Counted from the first letter of the stretch, positions 17,734 to 30,694 are shown. The stretch: DNA of 64,000 nucleotides from Candidatus Eiseniibacteriota bacterium (GCA_044229145.1 JBGATO010000009.1:17312-81311), one strand, 5' to 3'. Translations and numbers: made by a program. The notes: generated from the letters alone by a model not told the origin.

Positions 17734-19152
17734 CTACGGCGCGTACGGGGTGATCGCCCGGACGTGGCCGTCCCATCCCATCGCCACCACGGTGCGGCCC
17801 GGATAGGGCTCGCCGACTTGCGGAAACGCGACGGCGCGCAGTCGCGGGCACACCATCGTCAACGCCCGTCCATCGGACAGCGCGCTGCGCACGTTCTGCC
17901 CGTACCAGCCGTGATTGCGCCAGGCGGCGCGCGGATAGCGGCGCGGCATCCACACCGCGACGGCGTCGCCGAGCGGCACGCCGGCGAGATCGCCCACCGC
18001 GTGTCCGGCAATCTGCGCGTGGCGCAGCGAGGATTGCGCGTGCACGTCGGTCCCCGGCAGCCGCGCGTCTTCGATGCGGCCGAGTGTGGTCGCCGACCCT
18101 GCGAGACACACGGCGCCAAGCGCACAAGCGATCGCCGGCGGCACGCGCGGCTCACTCAGGGCGCGTGCCGCCAGGATCGCCACGCCGGTCAGCGGCATGT
18201 AGAGGTAGTAGAGGACGAACATGCTGCGCGTCGTCGTCGCCGGCGCGATGCCGCACACGAACCACGCTGCGGCGAACCACGCGAGTGGCCGCACCGCGGG
18301 CCGCGCCGCGCACGACGCCCACGCCGCGACCGCCGCCGCGATGAACCACGGAGACGGCGACGCCACGTTGCGGTACGCATCCACCCGCGTGCCGAACCAA
18401 TCTGCGGTCGCGCTCACGTAGCCAAGGAATTGACCCAGCGCCTCCGTGGGAGAGGCGGAGATGTAGAGGTGCGCGAACTGTTGTGTCACCCACGCGCCGG
18501 TCAGCCGCAATAGCGCCAGCCAGGCGACGCTCACGCCGAGCATCGTCCACGCGGCGCGGCGCCGCCCCGGCAGCAGCAGCATCGCCAGCGGCAGCGCGGC
18601 CACGGTTTCCTTACAGGCGAGGGCGACGACGAAGCAACCCACCGCCGCGGCGATGCGCCCGTCGAGCACCAGCCAGAGCGAGACCAGCGCGGCGAGCGCC
18701 GCCGCGATATCGGCCGCGCTCGCCACGTTGTAGAGGCTGTAGGCATGTGTCGCCCCGGCGGCGAACGCGGCCGCCGCGACCACCGCCGGCACACGGCCTG
18801 CGCCGTAGCGGCGCGCCACGCGCGTCACCATCCACGCGACCGTGAGGTGAAGCGCCAGCACCACGGCGTGATACGGCCAGGCAGTGGCCCCTGCCGCCGC
18901 CCACAGCGCGTGGAACATCGCGACGACGACGATGCGCCACGGGCCGTGCCACGCGCCGGCGAGCAGAAAGTCATCCTGGTGCAGGGCGAGTCGCGCGGTG
19001 CCGCCCCACCAGGCGAGGACGACCACGGCGAGGAGCGCGACATCGAAGGCGTCGCGGCGATCGCGCGGGATCAGCGAGAGGCGCGGCGGCGGAACGGACG
19101 GCGCCGGCGCAGCAGTCGGGCGCGGCGGGCGCGTGGAGCGTCGGGAGGACAT
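17734..19152 (-). CDS. Multi-pass membrane protein, GT-C glycosyltransferase-like
   Basis: About 10 hydrophobic helices, acidic QDDF loop after TM1, YHAVVLALH and ALACKETVAALP motifs. Confidence 0.6.
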   Translation of the reverse strand: MSSRRSTRPPRPTAAPAPSVPPPRLSLIPRDRRDAFDVALLAVVVLAWWGGTARLALHQDDFLLAGAWHGPWRIVVVAMFHALWAAAGATAWPYHAVVLALHLTVAWMVTRVARRYGAGRVPAVVAAAAFAAGATHAYSLYNVASAADIAAALAALVSLWLVLDGRIAAAVGCFVVALACKETVAALPLAMLLLPGRRRAAWTMLGVSVAWLALLRLTGAWVTQQFAHLYISASPTEALGQFLGYVSATADWFGTRVDAYRNVASPSPWFIAAAVAAWASCAARPAVRPLAWFAAAWFVCGIAPATTTRSMFVLYYLYMPLTGVAILAARALSEPRVPPAIACALGAVCLAGSATTLGRIEDARLPGTDVHAQSSLRHAQIAGHAVGDLAGVPLGDAVAVWMPRRYPRAAWRNHGWYGQNVRSALSDGRALTMVCPRLRAVAFPQVGEPYPGRTVVAMGWDGHVRAITPYAP

Positions 19153-19229
19153 GCGGGCGATTGTGGCGAGCCGCCGCGCCTCTGACAACCCCGCGCCTCG
19201 CATGCCGCGGTGGTAGACTGCGCCGCATC

Positions 19230-22130
19230 GTGACCGAGAACGCTTCCGACACGCCGGTGCTGCTGCTACGCGGCGCCCGCCACCACAATCTCCGCGACGT
19301 GACCGTGCGCTTCCCGCGCGGCCGGCTCACGGTGGTGACCGGCGTCTCCGGCTCCGGCAAGTCGTCGCTGGTCTTCGACACCTTGTACGCGGAAGGGCAG
19401 CGGCGGTACAGCGAGTCGGTGTCGGCGTACGCGCGGCAGTTCCTCGAGCGCGTGGCGCGGCCGGATCTCGACGCACTCGAAGGCATTTGTCCGGCGATTG
19501 CGATCGGGCGCAGCGATCCGCCGCGCACCGCGCGCAGCACGGTGGGCACGGTGACCGAAGTCGCCGATGCGCTGCGGCTGCTCTGGGCGCGAGTCGGCGT
19601 GACGATCTGCCCCGACTGCGGGCGCGAGGTGGAAGCCGACACGCCGGGGGGCGTCGCCGATCGCGTGCTCGCCACGCCGCGTGCCGAGGAGTCCGCCGTC
19701 GTCACCTTCGCGCCCGAGTGGCGGGCGGACGCCTCACTGCGGGAGCTCGCCGAACGGCTCCTCGCACAGGGTTTCGTACGGCTGTACGCCGACGGCGTCC
19801 TGTTCCGCGCCGACGATCCCGGCTCGTTGCCGTCGCGCGCGGCGCGGGTCGACGTGGTGGTGGATCGCGTCACGCTCCTGCCGAGCGAACGCGCGCGGCT
19901 CGTCGAGGCACTCGAACTCGCGTTCCGCGCCGGGCATGGCAGCGCCGCAGTGCGCATCGGCGATGACATCCGTGCGCTCAGCGACCGCGCCGCCTGCGCG
20001 CCGTGCGGGCGCAGCTTCACGCCGCCGACGCCGCTGCTGTTCTCGTTCAACGCGCCGCTCGGCGCCTGCCCGCAGTGCCGCGGCTTCGGCGACGTGCTCG
20101 AGTTCGACCTGCGCCGCATCGTGCCGGATCCGCGCCGCTCGCTGCGCGAGAACGCGCTGGCGCCGTGGGCCGGCAGCTGGCGCCGCTACTACATGGGCGA
20201 ACTGACCAAGCTCGCGGCGGGCCTCGGCTTCTCACTCGACACGCCGTGGGCTGATTTGCCGCCGGTGGTACAGCAGATCATCCTGCGCGGCGACGCGCGC
20301 TTCGAAGGTGTCTTCCCGTTCCTCGAGGCCATCAAGCAGGAAAGCTACAAACCGGGCAGCCGCTTCCTGGTGAAGCGCTTCCAGAGTGCGGTGCCGTGTC
20401 GCGCATGCGGCGGTGCGCGGCTCACCGCCGATGCGCTCGCGGTGCGCCTCGACGGCAAGACGATTGCCCAGGCGATGGCGTGGCAAGTGCGCGATCTGCG
20501 GCGCTGGCTGGGGGCGCTGTCGCTCGAGGGCGCGCGCGCGACGATCGCCGCGCCCGCACTCGCGGAGGCCACCGCGCGGCTGGCGTACCTCGACGATGTC
20601 GGGCTGCCGTACCTCACGCTCGATCGCCCGGCGCGCACGCTGTCGGGCGGCGAGATGCAGCGCATCGGGATGGCACGCGCTCTCGGCGCGCAGCTTACCG
20701 ACACGCTCTACGTGCTCGACGAACCGAGCGTCGGATTGCACGCGCGCGACGCCGGCCGCCTCTACGGCGTGCTCGACTGCTTGGTGGAGCGCGGCAACAC
20801 CGTGGTCGTGGTCGAACACGATCGCGGCATCTTGGAACGCGCCGATTGGGTGATCGACCTCGGGCCGGGAGCCGGAACGCGCGGCGGAGAGGTGGTGGCG
20901 GAGGGCACGCCCGAGGACATCCGCGAGCATCCGACCTCGCTGACCGCGGCGTTCGTGCGCGGCGATCTGCGCGTCGCACGCACCGCGCCGCGCCTGGCGC
21001 CGGGCGCGGCCCGCATCACGGTGCGCGGGGCGACGCTGCACAACCTGCGCGGCGTCGACGTCGATCTGCCGCTCGGCCTGCTGGTGTGCATCACCGGCGT
21101 GTCGGGCTCCGGCAAATCGACGCTGATCCGCGACCTCGTCGTCCCGCGGCTGCGCACCGACGCTGCGCCCGACGGCGGCGATGACGACGACGCGCCCGCC
21201 GCCGACACCGGCCTCGCGCAGGTCGCCGGCGGCGAGGCGCTACGCGAGGTGGTGCTCGTCGACCAATCGCCGATCGGCCGTTCGCCGCGATCGAATCCCG
21301 CCACCTTCTGCGGTCTCTACTCCGACATCCGCGCGCTGTTCGGCGCGGAGCCCGAGGCACGGCGCCGCGGCTACACCGCCGGCACCTTCTCGTTCAATGT
21401 TCCCGGCGGCCGCTGCGACGCGTGCGAGGGCGAAGGCATCGAGCGCATCGAGATGTATTGGCTCGCCGACGTCACCGTCGAGTGCGGTGCGTGCGGCGGC
21501 ACCAAGTTCCGCCGCGACGCCCTCGACATCCTCCACCACGGCCTGTCGATCCACCAGGTGTTGTCGCTGACCATCGACGAGGCCGTGCGGTTCTTCGCCC
21601 GCACGCCGAAGCTGGCGCACAAGCTGTGGCTCCTGCAGCGCGTGGGGCTCGGCTATCTGACGCTCGGCCAATCGGCCACCACGCTGAGCGGCGGTGAAGC
21701 CCAGCGGCTCAAGATCGCGCGCGAACTCATCGACGGCGGCAAGCCGGGCGCGCTCTACGTCCTCGACGAGCCGACGGTGGGGCTGCACGCCGCCGACGTG
21801 CAGAAGCTGCTGGAGTTGCTGCTCGAATTGGTGGCGGAACGCGGAGCGAGCGTCTGGGTGATCGAACACAATCTCGAGGTCATCTGGGCCGCCGACTGGG
21901 TGATCGATCTCGGGCCCGACGGCGGCGAAGCGGGCGGGCGCATCGTCGCGCAGGGGACGCCGGAGACGATCGCCGCCACCGCGGGTTCGCTGACCGGCGA
22001 GGCGCTGGCGGCGGCGTGCGCGCGTGGGGCGCTCGTGCCGCCGCCCCGCACCGCGCCGCCGCGCGCGCGGAAATCAGCTCTGACGGCCCCGCGGGCGCGT
22101 GCAGGAACCTCGCGACGACGTGCAACCTGA
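19230..22130 (+). CDS. uvrA: Excinuclease ABC subunit A (UvrA family)
   Basis: GARHHNL, TGVSGSGKSS, YAEGQRRY, CxxC zinc fingers, LSGGE twice, LDEP twice, second GVSGSGKST. Start codon uncertain. Confidence 0.92.
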   Translation: MTENASDTPVLLLRGARHHNLRDVTVRFPRGRLTVVTGVSGSGKSSLVFDTLYAEGQRRYSESVSAYARQFLERVARPDLDALEGICPAIAIGRSDPPRTARSTVGTVTEVADALRLLWARVGVTICPDCGREVEADTPGGVADRVLATPRAEESAVVTFAPEWRADASLRELAERLLAQGFVRLYADGVLFRADDPGSLPSRAARVDVVVDRVTLLPSERARLVEALELAFRAGHGSAAVRIGDDIRALSDRAACAPCGRSFTPPTPLLFSFNAPLGACPQCRGFGDVLEFDLRRIVPDPRRSLRENALAPWAGSWRRYYMGELTKLAAGLGFSLDTPWADLPPVVQQIILRGDARFEGVFPFLEAIKQESYKPGSRFLVKRFQSAVPCRACGGARLTADALAVRLDGKTIAQAMAWQVRDLRRWLGALSLEGARATIAAPALAEATARLAYLDDVGLPYLTLDRPARTLSGGEMQRIGMARALGAQLTDTLYVLDEPSVGLHARDAGRLYGVLDCLVERGNTVVVVEHDRGILERADWVIDLGPGAGTRGGEVVAEGTPEDIREHPTSLTAAFVRGDLRVARTAPRLAPGAARITVRGATLHNLRGVDVDLPLGLLVCITGVSGSGKSTLIRDLVVPRLRTDAAPDGGDDDDAPAADTGLAQVAGGEALREVVLVDQSPIGRSPRSNPATFCGLYSDIRALFGAEPEARRRGYTAGTFSFNVPGGRCDACEGEGIERIEMYWLADVTVECGACGGTKFRRDALDILHHGLSIHQVLSLTIDEAVRFFARTPKLAHKLWLLQRVGLGYLTLGQSATTLSGGEAQRLKIARELIDGGKPGALYVLDEPTVGLHAADVQKLLELLLELVAERGASVWVIEHNLEVIWAADWVIDLGPDGGEAGGRIVAQGTPETIAATAGSLTGEALAAACARGALVPPPRTAPPRARKSALTAPRARAGTSRRRAT

Positions 22131-22156
22131 GCCCGCCCCACACGGGAGAATCCCGC

Positions 22157-24793
22157 ATGCGCGCCTCCACCCACGCATCCGCGCTGCTCGCCGCCTTCGT
22201 CGTCACCTCCGGCGGCCTCGCCCCCGCCGCGGCGCTGGCACCGGTGCCCGAAGCGACGGCCGCCCGCGTCGACCGCGGTCCGCACATCGACGGCCGGCTC
22301 ACCGATCCGGAATGGGCCGCCGCCACACCCATCACGCAATTCACGCAGAGCGATCCCACCGATGGCGCCCCGGCGAGCGAGCGGACAGAGGTTCGCGTGT
22401 TGCGCGACGGCGATGCGCTGTACATCGGCGCGCGGCTGTACGATCACGATCCCTCGAAGATCCTCACCAAGCTCTCGCGGCGCGACAATTCGGTCAGCAC
22501 CGACCGCTTCGAGGTGATGATCGACGGCTATCACAACCGGCTCACCGGCGCGCACTTTCGCGTCAATCCCGGCGGTGCGATCTACGACGGTTTGATCTCC
22601 GCGGCAGGCGGGGAAGATGCCTCGTGGGATCCTGTGTGGGACGCCGCCGCCCACGTGGACTCACTCGGCTGGTGTGCCGAGATGCGCATTCCCTTCAGCC
22701 AACTGCGCTACACGCCGCAGTCGGGTGGCGATTGGGGCATCCAGATCGCCCGCGTCATCTTCCGGACCGGCGAAATCGATTGGTTCTCGCACACGCCGAA
22801 GAGCGAGACCGGCGGCGTGGCGCGGTACGGCGTGCTGCACGGCGTCGGCGATCTCCCGGCGACGCGCCGCTTGGAAGTGCGGCCGTACCTGCTCGCGCGC
22901 GATCAAGCATTGCACGACGCGGATCTGCGGCCGCTGCAGCCGCCGGCGCAGTCGCTGGAAGGCGGCCTCGACGCCAAGTACGGCCTCACATCGACGCTGA
23001 CCCTCGACGCCACCTTCAATCCGGACTTTGGCCAAGTCGAAGTCGATCCGGCGTCGGTCAACCTCACGACGGCGGAGACGTTCTATCCCGAGAAGCGCGG
23101 CTTCTTCGTCGAAGGTGCGGACAACTTCGCGTTCGGCCGCTCACGGTCGATGAACAGTTTCGGCTTGCTGCGGGTGTTCCACTCGCGCCGCATCGGCCGG
23201 GCGCCGACGCGTGCATTGCGCGGCGTCGAAGACGTCGATGCGCCGGCGGAAGCCACCATCCTCGGCGCGGCGAAGGTCACCGGACGACTCGGGGGCGGCT
23301 GGACGCTCGGCGTCCTCGATGCCCTCACCGCACGCGAACGCGCCGACGTCATCTACGGCGGCGGCACCCGCGGGGTCGAAACCGTGGAGCCGTTCACGCA
23401 CTACGGCATCGCCCGCGTCTCGCGCGAGATGCGCCACGGCGACACCGTGCTCGGCGGCCTGGTCACCGCGACGCAGCGCGCACTGCCCGAGCAAGCGCTC
23501 CGCGACCAATATCGTTCGAGCGCCTACTTGGCCGGCGTCGACCTCAACCACGCCTGGGCACGGCAGACGTGGGCGTTCGACGCGTCGGTCGTCGGGACCT
23601 GGCTCGAGGGTTCGCCGAATGCCATCGCGGCGGCGCAACGCTCGCCGCTGCGCTACTTCAATCGCGTCGACCACGAATCGTACGAACACTACGATCCGAC
23701 GCGCACGTCGCTCGCGGGCTTCGGCTGGGAGTCATCGTTGGCCAAGAACGGCGGCAAGCACTGGCTGGGCTCGATTTCGTTCGGCGGCAAGAGTCCGGGA
23801 CTCGAGTTCAACGATCTCGGCTTCCACACGCAGGCCGACTACCACGCGGTGTCGCCGATCCTCATGTACCAGGAGAACACGCCGCACCGCGTGGTGCGCT
23901 CGTGGACTATCTATCCGTACACGAATTGGGTGTGGGACTTCGGCGGCAAGAAGATCTACGACGGCAACGCGGTGGGCGGGAACGCGACGCTCGCGAACTT
24001 CTGGAACGTATGGGGAAGCTACACCGACAACCGGCGTGCCTACGACAACCGCCTGACCCGCGGCGGTCCGGCGACGCTGCTGCCGCACATCCACTCGTAC
24101 GACATGGGCGTGAGCACCGATTCGCGCAAGACGTGGTCGATTTCGCCGAACTACTCGCACTCGGCGAATGACCTTGGGGGGTGGGGCAACTCGACCGGAC
24201 TCACCGCGTCGTTCCGGCCCTCGCCGACGTTGCGGTTCTCCTTCGAACCGTCGTACGACGAATCGCACAGCCTCTTCCAGTACGTGCAGAAGGTGGCGGA
24301 CAGCGACGTTGCGTACGGGACGCGCTACATCGTGTCGGCGCTCGACCAGCGCACCCTCTCGCTGGTCACCCGGCTCGACGCCACGTTCACGCCGCGCCTC
24401 AGCGTGCAGTTGTATCTCCAGCCGCTGGTGTCGACGGGCAAGTACTCCGAGTTCAAGGACCTCTACGATCCGCGGCATCTCGCGTACGCGATCTTCGGGC
24501 GCGATCGCGGCACCATCACGCGCCAGGAGAACGGCGACTACGTCGTCGATCCCGGCAATGGCACGACGTTCACGATCCCGAATCCCGATTTCAATTTCCG
24601 CTCGCTGCTCGGCAACGCGGTCGTGCGTTGGGAGTATCGGCCGGGGTCGACGCTCTACGCGGTGTGGCAGCACACGCGGCAGGGGGCCGAGGGATACGGG
24701 GACTTCTCGTTCCACCGCGACTTCAGCGCGCTGGTGCACCAGCCGGCCGACAACGTGTTCGTGGTCAAGGCGACGTACTGGCTCGGCGTCTGA
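22157..24793 (+). CDS. DUF5916-type exported protein (CBM9-like N-domain plus probable outer-membrane beta-barrel)
   Basis: Signal peptide, PHIDGRLTDPEW, GWCAEMRIPFSQLRY, LDATFNPDFGQVEVD, FYPEKRGFFVEG, NAVVRWEYRPGS, VVKATYW end. Confidence 0.8.
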   Translation: MRASTHASALLAAFVVTSGGLAPAAALAPVPEATAARVDRGPHIDGRLTDPEWAAATPITQFTQSDPTDGAPASERTEVRVLRDGDALYIGARLYDHDPSKILTKLSRRDNSVSTDRFEVMIDGYHNRLTGAHFRVNPGGAIYDGLISAAGGEDASWDPVWDAAAHVDSLGWCAEMRIPFSQLRYTPQSGGDWGIQIARVIFRTGEIDWFSHTPKSETGGVARYGVLHGVGDLPATRRLEVRPYLLARDQALHDADLRPLQPPAQSLEGGLDAKYGLTSTLTLDATFNPDFGQVEVDPASVNLTTAETFYPEKRGFFVEGADNFAFGRSRSMNSFGLLRVFHSRRIGRAPTRALRGVEDVDAPAEATILGAAKVTGRLGGGWTLGVLDALTARERADVIYGGGTRGVETVEPFTHYGIARVSREMRHGDTVLGGLVTATQRALPEQALRDQYRSSAYLAGVDLNHAWARQTWAFDASVVGTWLEGSPNAIAAAQRSPLRYFNRVDHESYEHYDPTRTSLAGFGWESSLAKNGGKHWLGSISFGGKSPGLEFNDLGFHTQADYHAVSPILMYQENTPHRVVRSWTIYPYTNWVWDFGGKKIYDGNAVGGNATLANFWNVWGSYTDNRRAYDNRLTRGGPATLLPHIHSYDMGVSTDSRKTWSISPNYSHSANDLGGWGNSTGLTASFRPSPTLRFSFEPSYDESHSLFQYVQKVADSDVAYGTRYIVSALDQRTLSLVTRLDATFTPRLSVQLYLQPLVSTGKYSEFKDLYDPRHLAYAIFGRDRGTITRQENGDYVVDPGNGTTFTIPNPDFNFRSLLGNAVVRWEYRPGSTLYAVWQHTRQGAEGYGDFSFHRDFSALVHQPADNVFVVKATYWLGV

Positions 24794-24815
24794 GGCGGCC
24801 GTGAAGGGGTGTGCC

Positions 24816-24850
24816 GAAGCCCGGGACGCCGCACGGTGTCCCGGGCTTTT
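24816..24850 (+). terminator. Intrinsic terminator
   Basis: GAAGCCCGGGACGCC-GCAC-GGTGTCCCGGGCTTTT. Confidence 0.7.
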
Positions 24851-24865
24851 CCGCGCCGCGGTGCC

Positions 24866-25381
24866 CTAGAATCCGATGCCCACCGCGACGTAGTCGAACA
24901 CGTACTTGCTCGGCGCCGTCCACCGCGTCTCGAGGAACGGCCGCGCGCCCTCGATCGACGGGCCACGCACGCCGGCCCAGAAGTGCCCCTTCACGCTGCT
25001 CTCGGTGCCGCTCAGCGTGCCGATGCCCTCGATGGTGCGGCGGCTGCGGATCGCGTGTAGACCGGCACCCACCGCGACGAAGGGGCTCGCCACCGCCTTC
25101 GGGAATGCATAGTGCCGCAACATCACGTACGCGGCGAGCGAGGTGGAGTTCACGCCATCACGGGACGCGCCGTAGACCTCCACGGCGGCGGCGACGTTCT
25201 TGACCTGTGGCCCAAGCGGGAGCGGCGCTTCGGCGCGGCCGAACACCGCGCGATCGTAGAAGCCGCGCGGCCAGGCGCTGGCCACCCGCACGACTTCGGC
25301 ATGCGCCGGCGGCGTCAGCCACAGGGCGATCACTCCCGCCGCGGAGAGGACGCACGCGACACGACGAACGACTGCGAGCAT
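24866..25381 (-). CDS. Small outer-membrane beta-barrel-like protein
   Basis: GAAAGGAGGA RBS, signal peptide ending PAHA, amphipathic strands (SPFVAVGAG), C-terminal Phe (YVAVGIGF). Confidence 0.6.
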   Translation of the reverse strand: MLAVVRRVACVLSAAGVIALWLTPPAHAEVVRVASAWPRGFYDRAVFGRAEAPLPLGPQVKNVAAAVEVYGASRDGVNSTSLAAYVMLRHYAFPKAVASPFVAVGAGLHAIRSRRTIEGIGTLSGTESSVKGHFWAGVRGPSIEGARPFLETRWTAPSKYVFDYVAVGIGF

Positions 25382-25395
25382 CGAGCGTCCTCCTT

Positions 25396-25923
25396 TCATC
25401 GGAACAGGCTCACATCGCCATGGATGGTTTGGTTCGACATCTTGACGTAGATGCGGTAGTCGCCGCTCGGAGCCGGCGCGCCGGCATCGGTGTCGAGGTT
25501 CCACACCTCGGTGATGTAGCCCGGCGTTGCGCGCATGCCCTGGACGCGCCGCACGAGCTCGCCGTGCGCGTCGAGGATGGTCAGCGTCATCTCGAGCGAA
25601 TCGGCGCTGGCGGGCGCGAATGGCGAGTAGATGGTGAGCGTGATCGGCGAATTGCTGGCGACGTTCGCGTCGCCGCACATCAGCAGGGACGTCGGCACGT
25701 CGCCCTTTCCGCCGCCGCAGTCGAGCGGCAGGCTCGAGGCCGCGGTGCGCTCGAACAGCGCCGGCGGGTCGAGGAGGTTGGAGTTCACGCATCCTGCCAG
25801 CGCCGCAGCCGCGACCATGCTGGCGCCGACCGCGGCCACCACGCGCAGTGGGCGACCAGACGCCGGGCTTTTCGCTTGCCCGGCCCGGAGGGAATTTCTA
25901 AGGTTGTCGGTCCGTCGGGACAT
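25396..25923 (-). CDS. Lipoprotein with FlgD-like Ig domain
   Basis: AAGGAG RBS, lipobox LAGC, LTILDAHGELVRR...VWNLDTDAGAPAPSGDYRIYV. Confidence 0.65.
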   Translation of the reverse strand: MSRRTDNLRNSLRAGQAKSPASGRPLRVVAAVGASMVAAAALAGCVNSNLLDPPALFERTAASSLPLDCGGGKGDVPTSLLMCGDANVASNSPITLTIYSPFAPASADSLEMTLTILDAHGELVRRVQGMRATPGYITEVWNLDTDAGAPAPSGDYRIYVKMSNQTIHGDVSLFR

Positions 25924-26136
25924 ACCGTCTCCTTGCCAATCAGCGGCCGAGTGGCACACGCGTGCATCCGGCGAGCGGAAGTGCGCCAGGAGCGGGGGTG
26001 GGCCAATATATAGAGAAGTACGGGCCGATCCGCTAGTCCTTCCGCGTGCGGCAGCCACGGCGGAGGTGCGGCACACCGGGCGGGGTGCCGATACCGGCAC
26101 GGAAAGCTCGGATGGAACGGCCAGGAGGATGGGGCG

Positions 26137-27159
26137 ATGCGGGTTTTGGTGACCGGAGGCGCGGGCTACATCGGCAGCGTGGTGGTGGAGCAGCTGCTGG
26201 CGCGCGGCACCGATGTCGTGGTGGTGGACGATCTCTCGAAGGGCCATCCCGACGCGCTGCCCGCCGGGCTGCCGCTCCACATCGTCGACATCCGCGACGA
26301 AGCCGCGATGGTGCCGCTGCTCGACGGCTGCGACGGCGTGATTCACCTCGCCGCCGAGAGCTTGGTCGAAGAGTCGATGCGCGAGCCGGTGCGCTACTTC
26401 CAATCGAACGTCACCGCGACCACCGCGCTCTTGCAGGCGATGGGGAAGGCGGGCGTCGGCAAGATCGTGTTCTCGTCGACCGCCGCGACGTATGGCCATC
26501 CGCTCTCCGTCCCGATCACCGAAGACCAAGCCGACCGCCCGGTGAATCCCTACGGCGAATCGAAGCTGGCCGCCGAGCGTTTGATCAACTGGACCGCGCT
26601 CACCGGCGCGCTGTCGTACGTCACGTTGCGCTACTTCAACGCCAGCGGGGCCACCGAACGCTGCGGCGAAGACCACGCGCCGGAGTCGCACCTGATTCCG
26701 ATTTGTCTGAACGCCGCGATGCACGGCGGACCGCCGGTGAAGGTGTTCGGAACCGACTATCCCACCCCGGACGGCACGTGCGTGCGCGACTACGTGCACG
26801 TGTCCGACATTGCCGCGGTGCACCTGTTGGCGCTCGACAAGATGCAGGCAGGCGATCGCATAACGGTGAACATCGGCTCCTGGACGGGGACGTCGGTGCG
26901 CGAAATCGTCGACATCGTCCGGCGGGTGACCGGCCGCGAGTTGCCGAGCGTCGACGCACCGCGCCGCGATGGCGATCCCGCCGTGTTGGTGGCAGCCGGC
27001 GATCGCGCGCGCGACCTGCTCGGATTCCAGCCGCGCCACACCGACGTCGGCGCCATCGTCGAGTCGGCGTGGGCGTGGCTGGTCGCGCACCCCGAGGGCT
27101 ACGGCGATCGCGCGCGCGCCAAGGCGATGCGCGAGGCGCTGCGGATGTCGCGTGTCTGA
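26137..27159 (+). CDS. galE: UDP-glucose 4-epimerase
   Basis: GGAGYIGS, HLAAESLVEES, FSSTAATYG, YGESK, LRYFN, DYPTPDGTCVRDYVHV. Confidence 0.95.
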   Translation: MRVLVTGGAGYIGSVVVEQLLARGTDVVVVDDLSKGHPDALPAGLPLHIVDIRDEAAMVPLLDGCDGVIHLAAESLVEESMREPVRYFQSNVTATTALLQAMGKAGVGKIVFSSTAATYGHPLSVPITEDQADRPVNPYGESKLAAERLINWTALTGALSYVTLRYFNASGATERCGEDHAPESHLIPICLNAAMHGGPPVKVFGTDYPTPDGTCVRDYVHVSDIAAVHLLALDKMQAGDRITVNIGSWTGTSVREIVDIVRRVTGRELPSVDAPRRDGDPAVLVAAGDRARDLLGFQPRHTDVGAIVESAWAWLVAHPEGYGDRARAKAMREALRMSRV

Positions 27160-28117
27160 GACCGTCGCCATCCCGCGTCTGCCGCGTGAGCGCGTCGCGG
27201 CGCTGGCCGCCGCGTGGGAGGCGACGCGTGTCGTGGTGCTCGGCGATGTGATGTCGGATCACTATCTGTGGGGCACCGTGCACCGCATGTCGCCCGAGGC
27301 GCCGGTGCCGGTCGTCGAAGTGGCCGCCGAGTCCACGCGGCCTGGCGGTGCCGCCAACGTCGCGCGCACGCTGCGGGCCCTCGGCGTGCGGGTGTCGCTC
27401 CTCGGCGTGGTGGGCGCGGACGCCGCCGCCGACGTGTTCCGCACCGAACTCGCCGCCGCCGGCGTGGACGCCGATGGGTTGATCGTCGATCCCGGGCGCC
27501 CGACCACCGTGAAGAGCGCGCACGGTCTGGTGCTCAGCGACTACGCGAAGGGCGTGTTGAGCGGCGATGTGGTCACCGCCGCGATGCAGGCCGCCGCCGC
27601 GCGCGGCGTTCCCGTGTTCGTCGACCCGAAAGAGGCGCGGCTGCTGTTCGAGTTTCGCGGCGCCGAGATCGTCTCGCTCAACGAATCGCGCGCCGCGCAG
27701 GTTGGCGGCCGCCCGGTTACCGACGACTCGGTCGAGGAAATCGGCTGGGCGCTGCGCGAACGCATCGGCTGCCGCTGCCTCCTCATCACGCGCGGGCCGC
27801 GCGGCCTGTGTTTGCTCGACGACGAAGGACGCGCGCGCCACATCGGCACCGTCGCGCGCAAAGTGTTCGACGTCACCGGTGCCGGCGACACCGTCGTCGC
27901 GACCGTCGCCGCCGTGCGCGCCGCCGGCGGCAGCGCGTACGAGGCCGCGGTCATGGCGAACCACGCGGCAGGCCTCGTCGTCGCCGAAGTTGGCACCGCC
28001 GCGCCGGCGCGCGACGCCCTGCTCGCCGCCTGCGCTCAGGGCGAACGCGCGCACGACGGCGCCGCCGCCGAGCAGGGCGCGCTCGCTGACTACTTCCGCA
28101 AGGTGCAGTCGTCGTGA
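27152..28117 (+). CDS. rfaE1: Heptose-7-phosphate kinase (HldE/RfaE domain I) with an internal in-frame deletion
   Basis: [46 protein letters not shown] is joined almost directly to LVLSDY. Confidence 0.8.
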   Translation: MSETVAIPRLPRERVAALAAAWEATRVVVLGDVMSDHYLWGTVHRMSPEAPVPVVEVAAESTRPGGAANVARTLRALGVRVSLLGVVGADAAADVFRTELAAAGVDADGLIVDPGRPTTVKSAHGLVLSDYAKGVLSGDVVTAAMQAAAARGVPVFVDPKEARLLFEFRGAEIVSLNESRAAQVGGRPVTDDSVEEIGWALRERIGCRCLLITRGPRGLCLLDDEGRARHIGTVARKVFDVTGAGDTVVATVAAVRAAGGSAYEAAVMANHAAGLVVAEVGTAAPARDALLAACAQGERAHDGAAAEQGALADYFRKVQSS

Positions 28118-28584
28118 GCGGCTGCCACGCGCCGGTGCTGTCGCGGGACGCGGCCATCGCGTGGCGCGCCGCCGAACGCGCCGCCGGACGTCGTGTTGCG
28201 TTCACCAACGGCTGCTTCGACCTATTGCACGTCGGACATCTCGCCGTGTTGGAGGCGGCCCGCGGCGCCGCCGATTCGCTCATCGTCGCGCTCAACACCG
28301 ACGCGAGCGTGCGGCGCCTCAAGGGTCCGTCGCGCCCGATCATCGGCGAGGGCGACCGTGCGGCGATGATGTCGGCCATGCGCTGCGTCGACGCGGTGAC
28401 CCTGTTCGACGAGGACACCCCGCGCGAGTTGATCGAGGCGCTGGTGCCGGACGTGCTCGTGAAGGGCGGCGACTACACGCCGGAGACGGTGGTGGGGCGG
28501 GAGACCGTCGAGGCCGCCGGAGGCCGCGTGCTCATCGTGGCGACGGTGCCGGGGCGGTCGACGACGGCGCTGCTCGACCGCTAG
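28114..28584 (+). CDS. rfaE2: Heptose-1-phosphate adenylyltransferase (RfaE domain II)
   Basis: [41 protein letters not shown]. Confidence 0.93.
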   Translation: MSGCHAPVLSRDAAIAWRAAERAAGRRVAFTNGCFDLLHVGHLAVLEAARGAADSLIVALNTDASVRRLKGPSRPIIGEGDRAAMMSAMRCVDAVTLFDEDTPRELIEALVPDVLVKGGDYTPETVVGRETVEAAGGRVLIVATVPGRSTTALLDR

Positions 28585-28638
28585 AAACACCGCGTGGCCC
28601 TCGCCACCGCACCCTCTGCCGTCGCATAATCTCCCCCC

Positions 28639-30654
<2,016 letters not shown>

Positions 30655-30694
30655 CGGTCCGGCGGCCTCCACCTTTCGGAGGATACGCCGTGTG

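Noticed and set aside
25951..25966. Sigma54 promoter TGGCACACGCGTGCA upstream of galE
   Set aside because: GG-to-GC spacing is 9 nt, not the required 10.
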